A program made the position numbers and the translations under genes. The notes beneath the pieces are model-generated. The model made no database searches and was not told the origin of the DNA. It saw nothing but the letters and a program-made list of their open reading frames with translations. A DNA stretch of 64,000 nt, taken from assembly GCA_964566945.1 (NCBI GenBank), contig CAZMKE010000019.1, positions 19,034 to 83,033 of the forward strand. Reading direction: 5' to 3'. The stretch is from an uncultured Verrucomicrobiota bacterium. GTDB lineage: Bacteria > Verrucomicrobiota > Verrucomicrobiia > Limisphaerales > SXQI01. This document shows, one piece after another, positions 1-9,581 of this stretch (within the stretch, counting starts at the first letter, position 1; each line of letters starts with the position of its first letter).

Positions 1-2070
1 TACGCCCCGATCCAGCCGGTGCGTTTCGCGCGCTTCGGCTGGGGAGCGCTCCGCCAGATGAAACACCGTCGTCAGCGCCTCCGGATAGTTCTTCCACTGC
101 TTTTCAATATCGTCATTGAAGGGCTTCAGCTCCGGCGTCGCCAGCCGCCAGGCGTCAAAAATGGCCTGCTTCTGCGCCGCTGTCCTTTTCTCCGCCGGAG
201 TTTGCAGGGCGAGAACGGCCGCGTAGGGGGTATGGGATGCCTTCGGGTCGGGGGACGAAGTCAGGGCAATTCGGAACCGTCCGATTTGCGTGTTCTTCCG
301 ACTGGCGTCTCCCCCGTGGTTTAGCAGGAGGGCCACTTTTAGTTTCGTGCCCTCGGGAAAATTCAGAGGCTTTTCGAACTGGGCCACGGCCACCGAATCT
401 GAATTCCGCCGCCCGGGGCCGCGATCGGCCCGCCAGCCCGTGAGCTCGTCCCCATCCGCGAGGAATGAGGCCGGCCCGCGCAAGCGGCGGCTCTCCGGAC
501 CGCCCCACTCCGGCTCCATGCCGGCCACAGGCTCCTCGAAATCGGCCGTCACATTTTTCAGTTTCAGCCGTTCCCAGGAATTGCTGCCCGGCGGCCGGGC
601 TTCGACTATCAACTCGCTGAGCGCCCACGAACCCTTGTAACTGCGCCCCGGCCCGCCCATCGGCAGGTCTCCATGCGTCAATACCTCCAGCCGGATGCCG
701 GTCACGTTCTCCAGCTTCGGTTGAGCGGTCAGGTTCAAATCCCCTCCGGTGGTCGGATGGCCAAGGGTAAGGACGCTCTGATCCGCCAGAATCGCCGGAT
801 GGTTCAGCTCGGAGGAGGAATGGGTATCCTCTGGCTCAACCACCGTCCAGCGGACCCCCTTCAAAAGCTCGGTTTCCCGCGCCTCCCAGGCGGCCAATTG
901 CTCCTGCCAATTCGTCTGCGAGCTTTTCAGATTCCCTTCGATCTTCTGAATTTCCCCGCGCAGCTTCGCGATCCCCTCCTCGCCCGGTTTGGAATAGACC
1001 CAGGACTGGGCTTCGTAGGTGTTGTTCAAAAACGAGAACAAGCCGTAATACTCGGTCTGGCTGATTGGGTCGAACTTGTGGCTGTGGCATTGGGCGCACT
1101 TCAACGAAAGCCCCAGAATGCCGGAACCGAGCGCGTCCATCCGATCGAACATTGCTTCCATCCGCCATTCCTCGGGAATGATCGCTCCTTCCTCATTGAT
1201 CATGCTGTTTCTCAGGAACCCGGTGGCAACGATTTGCTCCTGCGTGGCGTTGGGCAGCAGGTCGCCCGCGAACTGCTCCACGATAAACTGATCGTAGGGC
1301 AGGTCCCGATTGAGAGCGTTGATCACCCAATCCCTCCAGATCCACTGATCCCGGGGCAAATCTTTCTCGAAACCATTGCTATCCGCGTAGCGCGCCACAT
1401 CCAGCCAATGCCGAGCCCACTTCTCCCCGAATCGGCGGTCCTTGAACAACGCGTCGGCCTTCTCTTCCACAGCCGTGGCGAGGCCTTTCGCCTCGACCGC
1501 GCGAGAGAAGCTGTCCAGATCCGCCGGGCTGGGCGGCAGGCCGATCAAATCCAGGTGCAAACGCCGGCAAACCGTTTCCGGCGCGGCCGGAGGCGACAGG
1601 CTCAGGCCTTCCTTCGCCAACCGCGCCTTGATGAAGGCATCCACCGGCCGTTCTCCGCTCCCTCCCGGTGGCAGCGGCGCCTTCACCGGCGCCTCGAACG
1701 CCCAGTGCGTCGAGTAACGGGCGCCTTCCGTAATCCATTGCCGCAGTTTCTCCACCTGCGCGGCGGAGAGCGGCTTCTTCTCCTTCACCGGCGGCATCAC
1801 CTCGTCCGGATCCTGCGTCGCCACCCGGCGAATCAAAGCGCTCTCGTCCGCCTTGCCCGGCACGATCGCCGCCCCATCGGACTTGCCACCCTTCAAAGCG
1901 GCCTCGCGCACATCCAGGCGGAGCTTTCCCTTGCGCGTCCCTTCATCCTGGCCATGACAATGGAAACAATGCTCCGCGAGCAGCGGTTGAATCTCGCGCG
2001 TGTAATCCACGCCCGCCCCGTAAGCCGAGGCGAACAAGGCAAAAGGCAGCGCGACCGAAAGGGCTTTCAT
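1..2070 (-). CDS. PSCyt1 (cytochrome c) + DUF1549 + DUF1553-type protein; 3' end truncated by the window edge
   Basis: Absent from the ORF track because it has no stop inside the window. My own reverse-strand translation from the ATG at 2070 stays open for all 690 codons down to position 1. It reads MKALSVALPFALFASAYGAGVDYTREIQPLLAEHCFHCHGQDEG (signal peptide plus CxxCH), then LHLDLIGLPPSPADLDSF, WARHWLDVARYADSNGFE, LKCAQCHSHKFDPISQTEYYGLFSFLNN and THRLDRG. The same motif order occurs in the complete paralogue at 11089..13209. The + ORF 673..2100 is its antisense shadow. Confidence 0.85.
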   Translation of the reverse strand, partial: MKALSVALPFALFASAYGAGVDYTREIQPLLAEHCFHCHGQDEGTRKGKLRLDVREAALKGGKSDGAAIVPGKADESALIRRVATQDPDEVMPPVKEKKPLSAAQVEKLRQWITEGARYSTHWAFEAPVKAPLPPGGSGERPVDAFIKARLAKEGLSLSPPAAPETVCRRLHLDLIGLPPSPADLDSFSRAVEAKGLATAVEEKADALFKDRRFGEKWARHWLDVARYADSNGFEKDLPRDQWIWRDWVINALNRDLPYDQFIVEQFAGDLLPNATQEQIVATGFLRNSMINEEGAIIPEEWRMEAMFDRMDALGSGILGLSLKCAQCHSHKFDPISQTEYYGLFSFLNNTYEAQSWVYSKPGEEGIAKLRGEIQKIEGNLKSSQTNWQEQLAAWEARETELLKGVRWTVVEPEDTHSSSELNHPAILADQSVLTLGHPTTGGDLNLTAQPKLENVTGIRLEVLTHGDLPMGGPGRSYKGSWALSELIVEARPPGSNSWERLKLKNVTADFEEPVAGMEPEWGGPESRRLRGPASFLADGDELTGWRADRGPGRRNSDSVAVAQFEKPLNFPEGTKLKVALLLNHGGDASRKNTQIGRFRIALTSSPDPKASHTPYAAVLALQTPAEKRTAAQKQAIFDAWRLATPELKPFNDDIEKQWKNYPEALTTVFHLAERSPAEARETHRLDRGV

Positions 2071-2309
2071 CGTAGAAAATCGTATCGAACCCGGACCTGA
2101 GATCAAGGCTGGGAAACGACAAAAACGCCGCCCCGCGCCGAGCAAATCCCCATTGATCCCCGGCGGAACCCCAGCTAGAATCTTACCGCGTTTCGGGACG
2201 CATCCGGTCCGCGGAAAGGACAGAAGTCCACCCTCGTTTTAACCTTGTAAGTCACGAACTTACTTTCGCCTGATCTTGCGGACGCCAGGCATGAAGAAAG
2301 AAAGTTCGT

Positions 2310-4151
2310 ATGCCATCTCAATCTCTGCCGTCAAACCCCAGCCTCGATCATCTCAAGTATCAGGCGCGGGATCTTCTCAAATCGCTCCAATCCCAGGAAA
2401 CCCAGGCTCTCGCACGCGCGCGGGAGTTTCACCCGAAGGTCCCGGCTTCCGGCCGGTTTTCCCTGTCGGATGCTCAACTTATCCTGGCGCGCGAATATGG
2501 ATTCGCCAGTTGGACCCGGCTGCGTCAGTTCGTCCTGGACCGGGCAGCCTCGCCCGGGCCGGCCCTCGCCCGCCCCGCCGAAAGCCTAGATCTCCTGGCC
2601 GCTCAGTTTCTGGAACTCGCGTGTCCGGACCATCACGTGCGCGGTGGTCCGGCTCACATGATGGCCCGGGACGCCGCTCTGCAATTGCTGCGACAGCACC
2701 CGGAAATCGCCAGGCACAGCCTCTACACCGCCGTCGTCTGCGGCGAACTCGACTTGGTGGCGCGGATCTTGAAGGAGCGGCCAAAAGCGGCTGCCGAGAA
2801 ACTGACCGTGCCCGGGCCCGATCGCTCCGGCCCCGGCCATGCCGGGGATGCGCTGAATGACAACGGCCCGAAATGCTGGGATCCTCTGCTCTTCCTCTGT
2901 TTCACCCGCTTGCCGATTCCGGCAGTTCCCGAAAATTCCGTGGAAATCGCCCGGCTTCTCCTGGATCACGGAGCCGACCCCAATACTTATTTCAAGGCGG
3001 GCGACAGCCGTTACACGCCGCTGGTCGGCGTGATCGGGGAAGGCGAAGAAAGCCGCCCGGCCCATCCCCACCGTGACGCCCTCACCCGTCTCTTGCTGGA
3101 GCGCGACGCCGAACCGTACGACATGCAGGTCGTCTACAACATCCACTTCCAAGGCCGGATCCTCTGGTTCATGAAGCTCATGCATGAACACTCCGTCCGC
3201 CGCGGCCGGCAGGCAGATTGGCAGGATCCTGAATGGTCAATGCTCGACATGGGCGGCTACGGGTCCGGAGCGCGCTGGCACCTGGAAATCGCCGTTAAAA
3301 ACAACGATCTCGAACTCGCCGACTGGCTGCTGGCCCACGGCGCCAGCCCGAACGCCAAGCCCGCCCGGGACAGACGCTTTCCCCAAGGCGCCCTCTACAA
3401 GGAAGCCTGGCGGCGCGGTTTCAGTGAAATGGCGGCTCTTCTCGCTCGCTACGGCGCCGAGACGCCAGGGGTGGTTATTGACCCCGAGGACCGCTTTCTC
3501 GCCGCCTGCTTTCGCCTCGACAAGGTGGAACTGGAGCGGTTCGTTCAGGAGCATCCGCAATATCTGTCCCGGCCCAATGCCCTCATGCTTGCCGCCGAAC
3601 GGGATCGCGCCGATGTCGCCGAGTTGCTCCTCGAGCTTGGCGTTTCCCCGAATATTGGGGATTTTCACAACGGAAATCAAAGACCACTCCACGTCTGCGC
3701 CTACAGCGATTCGCCTCGCGTGGCGGAGGTCCTCATCAAGCGCGGGGCCGAAATTGATCCCCAGGAATCCCACTACGGCGCCACGCCTCTCAGCTACGCC
3801 ATCTGGGCTCAAAAAACGCGCATGATCGAGCTGCTCGCTCCCCTCAGCCGCAGCGTTTGGAGCCTGGCATTTCTTGGCCAGGTCGAGCGCCTCCGCGGCA
3901 TCCTCCACGAGCAGCCTCATCTCGCCAACGCTCTCACCATGGACGGGGATACACCCCTGATGCGCCTGCCGGGCGACGAACAGCTCGCCGTCGCGATCAC
4001 AAAACTCCTGTTGGATCATGGCGCCGATCCTACAATAAAGAACCGGGCAGGAATAAACGCCGCCACTCTCGCCCGCAAACGCAGATTGGATCGGGCAGCG
4101 GATCTCCTGGATGCCGCGGCCCGTCAAGGCCAATCACAGGCGAAGGCGTAG
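2310..4151 (+). CDS. Ankyrin-repeat protein
   Basis: 613-aa ORF with repeated ankyrin signatures: IARLLLDHGADPN, LADWLLAHGASPNAKP, VAELLLELGVSPNIGD, VAEVLIKRGAEIDPQE, ITKLLLDHGADPTIKNRAGINAATLA. The N-terminal helical region reads LDHLKYQARDLLKSL...AQLILAREYGFASWTRL. Confidence 0.85.
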   Translation: MPSQSLPSNPSLDHLKYQARDLLKSLQSQETQALARAREFHPKVPASGRFSLSDAQLILAREYGFASWTRLRQFVLDRAASPGPALARPAESLDLLAAQFLELACPDHHVRGGPAHMMARDAALQLLRQHPEIARHSLYTAVVCGELDLVARILKERPKAAAEKLTVPGPDRSGPGHAGDALNDNGPKCWDPLLFLCFTRLPIPAVPENSVEIARLLLDHGADPNTYFKAGDSRYTPLVGVIGEGEESRPAHPHRDALTRLLLERDAEPYDMQVVYNIHFQGRILWFMKLMHEHSVRRGRQADWQDPEWSMLDMGGYGSGARWHLEIAVKNNDLELADWLLAHGASPNAKPARDRRFPQGALYKEAWRRGFSEMAALLARYGAETPGVVIDPEDRFLAACFRLDKVELERFVQEHPQYLSRPNALMLAAERDRADVAELLLELGVSPNIGDFHNGNQRPLHVCAYSDSPRVAEVLIKRGAEIDPQESHYGATPLSYAIWAQKTRMIELLAPLSRSVWSLAFLGQVERLRGILHEQPHLANALTMDGDTPLMRLPGDEQLAVAITKLLLDHGADPTIKNRAGINAATLARKRRLDRAADLLDAAARQGQSQAKA

Positions 4152-4255
4152 ACAGGTTGCGATCGCGCGTTCGAGTGGCGCCTTCGCCTCGAGTGCATCC
4201 CTATCAGCCGGCGAGCCTCGTGTGCATAGCTCAGCCGCGGTCGCCGAATTCAGGA

Positions 4256-6256
4256 TCACTGGCGTATTCGCAAGAACAGTTGCCCTCCTTTTGTAGGCTG
4301 CTCAAAGGAAAAGACAGCGGAGGCGGCGTTGGTTAACGGCGTCCACACCCGAAGATCAGAGCTGCTCTCGATCCCGAAGAGGGTCCGCGCAGCATTTTGA
4401 ACGGAGAGTCGGACAATGCCTCCCTCAACCCGCGTGGCTTGCGGATCAAAAAACGCAATGACCGGCGCGGACCGAAAGAGCTCACCCAAGCTGGAATTCA
4501 TCATCCAGCAGTCATCGCCAAACGCCATGACAGAAATGGCGCCCGATGCTCGCAAAATATGGGGAATCCAGGTCCGGCCATCGGTGGAAGACCAAAGCGG
4601 GTGCGGGTAGGCGTCGATCACGCCCAGCGAACCGGTCGCGAGAAACACGCCGTTGGCGTATTGCACCTCGGTGAAAAACGTATTCGTCAAATACTGATCC
4701 CTCCAGTTAACTCCGTCCTCGGATACGGCCACATAACTATAGTCTCCTGCAGCGACGAATCTGCCCTCGGCAAAGGTAATATCTCTGAGCGGCGTCTTGA
4801 CCGCTACATCAAGCCACGCCTGTCCCTGGTTCGTCGAGACGTGCACCACGCGGTCTGAGGAACCGCCAGCGCCGAGCACCACCACAGCTCCGGGTGCAAC
4901 CGCCACCGAGGGGGTGACACTGTTGCTGAAAACTCCTCGCAGGCTCCAATTCGTGAGCGTCGCACCTTGGAATATTCGTCCGTCTAAACCCTCCTGTGTG
5001 ACAATCCAATACCCATCCCCGGCGGAAACAACCTTTTTGGGAATGCCAGGCAGGCCGTTCGTTGCCTGCGTCCACGCAAAGCCATCCGGTGATAGGAGCA
5101 CCGTCCCCGAATCAGTGAACCCGGCGAACAGCCCATCCCCATAGAGTGCGGCCGATGCCGTGCTGGTCCCCGGAAGATCGACATAACTCCAGTCACTTTT
5201 ATTCGTCGAAACCAATGCGACCGGTCCGTGATCTGTTTTGCTGAAGGCAACAAATCGGCCATTGCCGAAACAAATCGACAAGCACGACCCAACGGTTTCG
5301 GCCACGCGCTTCCAGTCCAGCCCATCGGAGGAGACATATTTTCGGCTCCCCGCAACCGCCAAGTAGCGCTGGCCGGTCTGCGCAATCGAGCCAAGGGCAG
5401 CGTTGCTGGTGACGGTCCACGAAATGCCGTCATCCGAGGAGTAAATCCCCCGCCCCCCAACGACGATAAAACGGGACCCGTCGAAGATCACGTCTGAATA
5501 CCCTTCTCCGGCCACGCTGCGCCGGACTTGCAGGTCGCCGGCTGGCGTCAACGTCACAATCTCGTCTCTGTATGATCCCGGGCTCAATGGAACAGAACCA
5601 AGCCCCACGTATGTCCCGTTGCCGAAGGCCGCTCCGAACAGATATGGCATGGAAGCCCCGAGCGCAGTGAAATTCCAGTTCGTGCCGTCCGTCGAAAAGC
5701 CCAGCGAAAGGCTCAAACCGCCGGCATCCCCATCGGCGAGCACGGAAGCGATAAGGGAATCGCCCGCGCGGAAAACCGCGGCGCTGGCCAGATTCGTCAG
5801 GATCGGATTCCACGAGAGCCCGTCCGCGCTCCATGCAAGTGCTGGCGAGTACTGCCCGGGTTGAATCCGCTGAAGCACTCCGACAAGATTCCCGCGGAAC
5901 GGCAGGAGCTCTTCAAACCCAAGCCAGCTAGCAGTCTCAATGGTGTCCCAATGATACCCATCGCGAGACGAGTAAATTTCATTGCCGTGGGAGTACACCA
6001 GAACAGAATCATCCGCACTTAGTTCCGCACCTGGATACGAGCCGAAGCGAAGCCGGGTCCATTCGGCGCCGTCGCCAGACGCCCAAAGCGCAGACCCCAT
6101 TCCGAAAAACTGATTTTTAAACGCCACCACCTTGAGAATGCTGGGCGGCTGCACCGACTGCCACAAATCAAGGGGATCTATAGCGTGGGACCGCCCGCCG
6201 GCAACGCTGACACAAACCATTACCCAGAAGATGAAGCCAAATTGCATGTATGCCAT
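4256..6256 (-). CDS. Secreted multi-blade BNR/Asp-box repeat (beta-propeller-like) protein
   Basis: 666 aa with a hydrophobic N-terminal signal (FGFIFWVMVCVSVAGG). At least 9 clear S-x-D-G-x-x-W Asp-box motifs are present: SSRDGYHW, WSADGLSW, FSTDGTNW, SSDDGISW, VSSDGLDW, LSPDGFAW, VSEDGVNW, SSTDGRTW, SGDGAEW. It ends ...DLRVWTPL...QLFLRIRQ. Confidence 0.8.
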   Translation of the reverse strand: MAYMQFGFIFWVMVCVSVAGGRSHAIDPLDLWQSVQPPSILKVVAFKNQFFGMGSALWASGDGAEWTRLRFGSYPGAELSADDSVLVYSHGNEIYSSRDGYHWDTIETASWLGFEELLPFRGNLVGVLQRIQPGQYSPALAWSADGLSWNPILTNLASAAVFRAGDSLIASVLADGDAGGLSLSLGFSTDGTNWNFTALGASMPYLFGAAFGNGTYVGLGSVPLSPGSYRDEIVTLTPAGDLQVRRSVAGEGYSDVIFDGSRFIVVGGRGIYSSDDGISWTVTSNAALGSIAQTGQRYLAVAGSRKYVSSDGLDWKRVAETVGSCLSICFGNGRFVAFSKTDHGPVALVSTNKSDWSYVDLPGTSTASAALYGDGLFAGFTDSGTVLLSPDGFAWTQATNGLPGIPKKVVSAGDGYWIVTQEGLDGRIFQGATLTNWSLRGVFSNSVTPSVAVAPGAVVVLGAGGSSDRVVHVSTNQGQAWLDVAVKTPLRDITFAEGRFVAAGDYSYVAVSEDGVNWRDQYLTNTFFTEVQYANGVFLATGSLGVIDAYPHPLWSSTDGRTWIPHILRASGAISVMAFGDDCWMMNSSLGELFRSAPVIAFFDPQATRVEGGIVRLSVQNAARTLFGIESSSDLRVWTPLTNAASAVFSFEQPTKGGQLFLRIRQ

Positions 6257-6638
6257 AGGCCAGCATTCTGAGCATTACTTGCGCCAGGGCCTCGTCCTAA
6301 AATCATGTATGCCTGTCCTCTCTCCATGGGACAAAGGCGGCAAGTTAGGCTCACGGAATCGTTAGGAACCTGCCAAAGGATCGGCGCAACCAGAACTAAG
6401 AGCAATGTCGGCGCCTCAAGAAGACGCGACCGAGGATCGAGACTTCCGACCCCGCCAACCGATTCCAGCCGGCGTGGTCAACTACCCAACAGGCCTGATG
6501 CCCACTGGCAACATTGCAACATCCGGCTGACTTCCGGAGCGCCCCGGAGGCGTTCGCCCGCGACGATCCAGGAGATCCCCGGCTGAACGTCGTCGAACTT
6601 TCCATCACCCATCTTCGCCACCCCAAAAACGCCACTGC

Positions 6639-9260
6639 TCAAACGGCCTTCATCACCAACCAGAAGCGGCTCCCTTCACCCGGCTCAGACTCCACCCCCA
6701 CCCGTCCCCCCATCCGCTCCGTGACCTTCCGCACCAGCGCCAGCCCAATCCCCGTCCCCTCGTACGCGTTGCTCTCGCGCTGGAACATATCGAAGATTCG
6801 GGGTTGAAAATCCTTGGAAATTCCCAAGCCTTTGTCCTCGACCCAAATTCGCACCCAAGAATCTTCACCGCCGCCGTTCGCCTGCGCCAGTAACCGGGAC
6901 TCTGCCGGAACGCCATAATCTCCGGCGCGAACTCGTTCGGCCCAGATGCGGATCTCGGGCTTTTGCCCGGGTTTGACAAACTTGACCGCGTTGCCCAGCA
7001 GGTTGGAGAAGCATTGGGTCAGTCCAGCGACATTGCCCAGCACTGGTGGAATCTCCCCCTGCAACTCGATCTGGGCCATGGAGGACTGCAGTTCGGGATA
7101 GGAATCGATAATGTCGCGCAACAGCTTTGACAGATCCACCTGCTCGGCGGTCAGGGCCTGGCGGACCGTTCGGCTGAAGTTCAGCGCATCGGTGATCAAC
7201 TGATCCATGCGCCCCGCCACCGCCGCAATCCGCTGGAGGTAATCCTTGTGTTCGGCACTCAGGCTTTCGCCGCTTTCCTCATTCAGGATCGTGGCGAAGC
7301 CCTGCATGGCGCGCAACGGAGCACGCAGGTCGTGCGTGATGCTGTAAGAGAAATGTTCGAGTTCCCCGACCGTCTCCTGCAACTTCACCGTTCTCTCCGC
7401 CACCAACCGTTCGAGATCGGTGTTGGTGCGGGTCAGATCAGCCTTCGCTTTTCGCAGCTCCGTCTGGGTCCGATCCTGTTCTTCGAACAAACGGGCGTTC
7501 TCCAGCGCAATCCCGGCGCTGAGCCCCAGCTGCAGCGCGAAATTCAGTTCCGCTTCCGAAAACGCCCGCGGCGCCGCGTGATAATTGAAAACGGCAACCC
7601 CAAAAGGCTCGCCCCGAATCGCGATCGGGGCCACGAGCACGCTGCGTATCTTGTGCTTCCGCATCAGTTCGCGATCCACCCGTTCGTCATTAAAGGCGTC
7701 GGCCACGGCGACCACCTGCGCCCGTTCCACGGCCAGCATCACGTGCCGGTGCAAACCGGGATCCATCGTCAGGCCGACCGTTTCCGGCGGCATTCCATGG
7801 ATGTAGCGGACGCGCCAGGCCGCTCCTTCGCGCTCGGCGATCGCTGCGGTCTCGCTGCCCAGGGCCGCAACCCCTTCCGCCACGACGTATTGCACAATCA
7901 TCGCCCGCTCCAGCTGGGAATGCATGAGCGTGCCGATCCGCGTCACGGCGCTGCTCAATTCCTCCGCCTGTTTGCGTTTGGTGATGTCCGTGATCATGGC
8001 CAGCGCGCCCAGGCAATACCCGCGCGTGTCGCAGATGGAATTCGTGGAGATGAAAGCCCACAGGACGGATCCATCCTTCCTGCGAAACTTGATGTCGAAG
8101 GGCTCCGAGGACCCCGGACGGCGCGGCTCCCACGCTTTGACGACGGACGAACCCGCCCCTTCCTCCATGAATTCGTCCAACCGCCGCCCCATCATCTCCT
8201 CCACGCTATAACCAAGCATTTTGGCCATCTTCGGATTCACGAAGGTCGTTTTGCCTCCCGGATCAATGGTCAGCACTCCCTCTTCCGCGGTCTCCACAAT
8301 CCGGCGGTAGCGCTCCTCGCTCTCGCGCACTCGCTGGCTCGCTTTTTCGCGTTCGTGCTGGCGCACCAGAAAGACGCCGAAGAGCACCACCAGGGCCGCA
8401 CCCACCGGCCCCCCATAGCGGAGCAGTTGGTGGAGTGAAATTTCCCGGGGCTCGAAAACACCGAACCATTGCTCATACAAGGCATCGTAGGTCCCGGATG
8501 ATTTGGTGATCGACAGGCCTTCATTGATCTTGGCCAACAGTTCGGAATTTCCCTTGCGCACCGCGAAGCTGAATTTCTGGGAAAAGCCCGCCTTGGCTTC
8601 CAACGGCCGGACATTGCGAATCTTCAAGGCCAACAACGTCTGCATCCCGGCCAGCTTGCTCACCAGCATCGCGTCATGCTTGCCCTCCGCGAGCTGTTTG
8701 AACCCATCCGCGGCGGTCGCCACCCGCACCAATTGCGCCGCCCAGCCTTTGGAGATGGCGTAGTCCTGGGCCAGATCGCCGTCGATCACGATGATTGATT
8801 TCCCAGCAAAGTCCGCCTCGCTGTGGATGGCGGAGTCCCCTTTCCGGACGAAAATGGCGCCTTGGACGACCACGTGCGGCACGGAAAAGTCAGCAAACAG
8901 CCGGCGCTCATCCGACTGCGCCAGGTTGATCATCACGTCCACCTTGCCGTTGCGGAAGTCCTCCAAAATCTCGCGAAAAGAGCGAACCCGGATCGTGTAA
9001 TCGCCCAGTCCGGCCTCTCGGGCGACGGCTTTCCAAAGATCCACCGTAAAGCCACCGGCGGGCTCGCCGGTCTTACCGGTCGCAAAGGGGGGATAATCCT
9101 CCTCACTCCCCACAATGATGGGACGCTGCGGCGCTGGCTGGGCCGAACTGGAGAGGCAAAGCACAAGAGCCCACAGGACCGACCAAACAAAGCCGCGCAG
9201 CCAGGGGCCGCTCGCCGGTGAATTCTCCGAAACGAAGCTGGCGCGGGAAGGCTTGGCCAT
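6639..9260 (-). CDS. Sensor histidine kinase: periplasmic solute-binding (SBP_bac_3-like) domain + TM + PAS + GAF + HisKA + HATPase
   Basis: The ORF 6639..9581 is trimmed to the internal ATG at 9260 (MAKPSRASF...WSVLWALVLCLSSSAQ, a signal/TM segment). It contains IIVGSEEDYPPFATGK...FTVDLWKAVA (SBP type 3), a PAS-like block (EEGVLTIDPGGKTTFVNPKMAKMLGY), a GAF-like block and the H-box FSYSITHDLRAPLRAM. The ATPase motifs are LGNAVKF and DKGLGI...GTGIGLALV. Confidence 0.85.
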   Translation of the reverse strand: MAKPSRASFVSENSPASGPWLRGFVWSVLWALVLCLSSSAQPAPQRPIIVGSEEDYPPFATGKTGEPAGGFTVDLWKAVAREAGLGDYTIRVRSFREILEDFRNGKVDVMINLAQSDERRLFADFSVPHVVVQGAIFVRKGDSAIHSEADFAGKSIIVIDGDLAQDYAISKGWAAQLVRVATAADGFKQLAEGKHDAMLVSKLAGMQTLLALKIRNVRPLEAKAGFSQKFSFAVRKGNSELLAKINEGLSITKSSGTYDALYEQWFGVFEPREISLHQLLRYGGPVGAALVVLFGVFLVRQHEREKASQRVRESEERYRRIVETAEEGVLTIDPGGKTTFVNPKMAKMLGYSVEEMMGRRLDEFMEEGAGSSVVKAWEPRRPGSSEPFDIKFRRKDGSVLWAFISTNSICDTRGYCLGALAMITDITKRKQAEELSSAVTRIGTLMHSQLERAMIVQYVVAEGVAALGSETAAIAEREGAAWRVRYIHGMPPETVGLTMDPGLHRHVMLAVERAQVVAVADAFNDERVDRELMRKHKIRSVLVAPIAIRGEPFGVAVFNYHAAPRAFSEAELNFALQLGLSAGIALENARLFEEQDRTQTELRKAKADLTRTNTDLERLVAERTVKLQETVGELEHFSYSITHDLRAPLRAMQGFATILNEESGESLSAEHKDYLQRIAAVAGRMDQLITDALNFSRTVRQALTAEQVDLSKLLRDIIDSYPELQSSMAQIELQGEIPPVLGNVAGLTQCFSNLLGNAVKFVKPGQKPEIRIWAERVRAGDYGVPAESRLLAQANGGGEDSWVRIWVEDKGLGISKDFQPRIFDMFQRESNAYEGTGIGLALVRKVTERMGGRVGVESEPGEGSRFWLVMKAV

Positions 9261-9581
9261 GCCGCCTCGCGACGCAATGCAACGCTCAATGCGTGGATCT
9301 AAAAGTCTACTCAGGAGCCCCCCCAGTGTTCGTGGGACTCCTTTATGCTTTTCGCCCGGCGCGCGCAACGCCAAAAGCGGACGGACATGAGGAGCGCGGG
9401 CAGACCAAGCCACCTCCAATCCAAAAAGCCGCTCCCCCCGGCTGTCTGATTCGCTTGCACTTCGCCTGAATCGCCAGCCAGAATCCTCCCGCAAACCCCG
9501 TCCGCACTGCCGGCGGGCTCCGCCTTCCCGGATGCGTTGAGTCGCATAGGGCAGCCGGCGCAGGCCGACGCTGGCCGCCAT

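Noticed and set aside
673-2100. A 475-aa plus-strand ORF, the longest track ORF at the left end.
   Set aside because: It has an Arg/Leu/Pro-rich composition with no motifs. It lies exactly antisense to a fully open minus-strand frame with strong family motifs (CxxCH, CAQCHSHKFDP). It is a shadow ORF.
6271-6286. A fourth sequence with correct sigma54 spacing (minus strand cTGGCGCaagtaATGCTc) upstream of the BNR gene 4256..6256.
   Set aside because: I did not count it as a feature. The -12 element is only ~15 nt from the annotated ATG, which would make the mRNA nearly leaderless. The -24 and -12 boxes are weaker, and I saw no GTTCC/GGAAC inverted repeat upstream. It is worth including in a genome-wide scan.
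9261-9581. N-terminal extensions of track ORFs. Examples are 6639..9581, 13305..14207, 30129..32222, 40062..41474, 45691..46515, 53916..57839, 59490..60830, 60916..62346, 17734..18783 and 19480..20316.
   Set aside because: In each case an internal start is immediately followed by a signal peptide or a conserved N-terminus. The extension is R/P/S-rich or crosses a repeat element or intergenic hairpins. I trimmed the coordinates accordingly, but the exact starts remain predictions.
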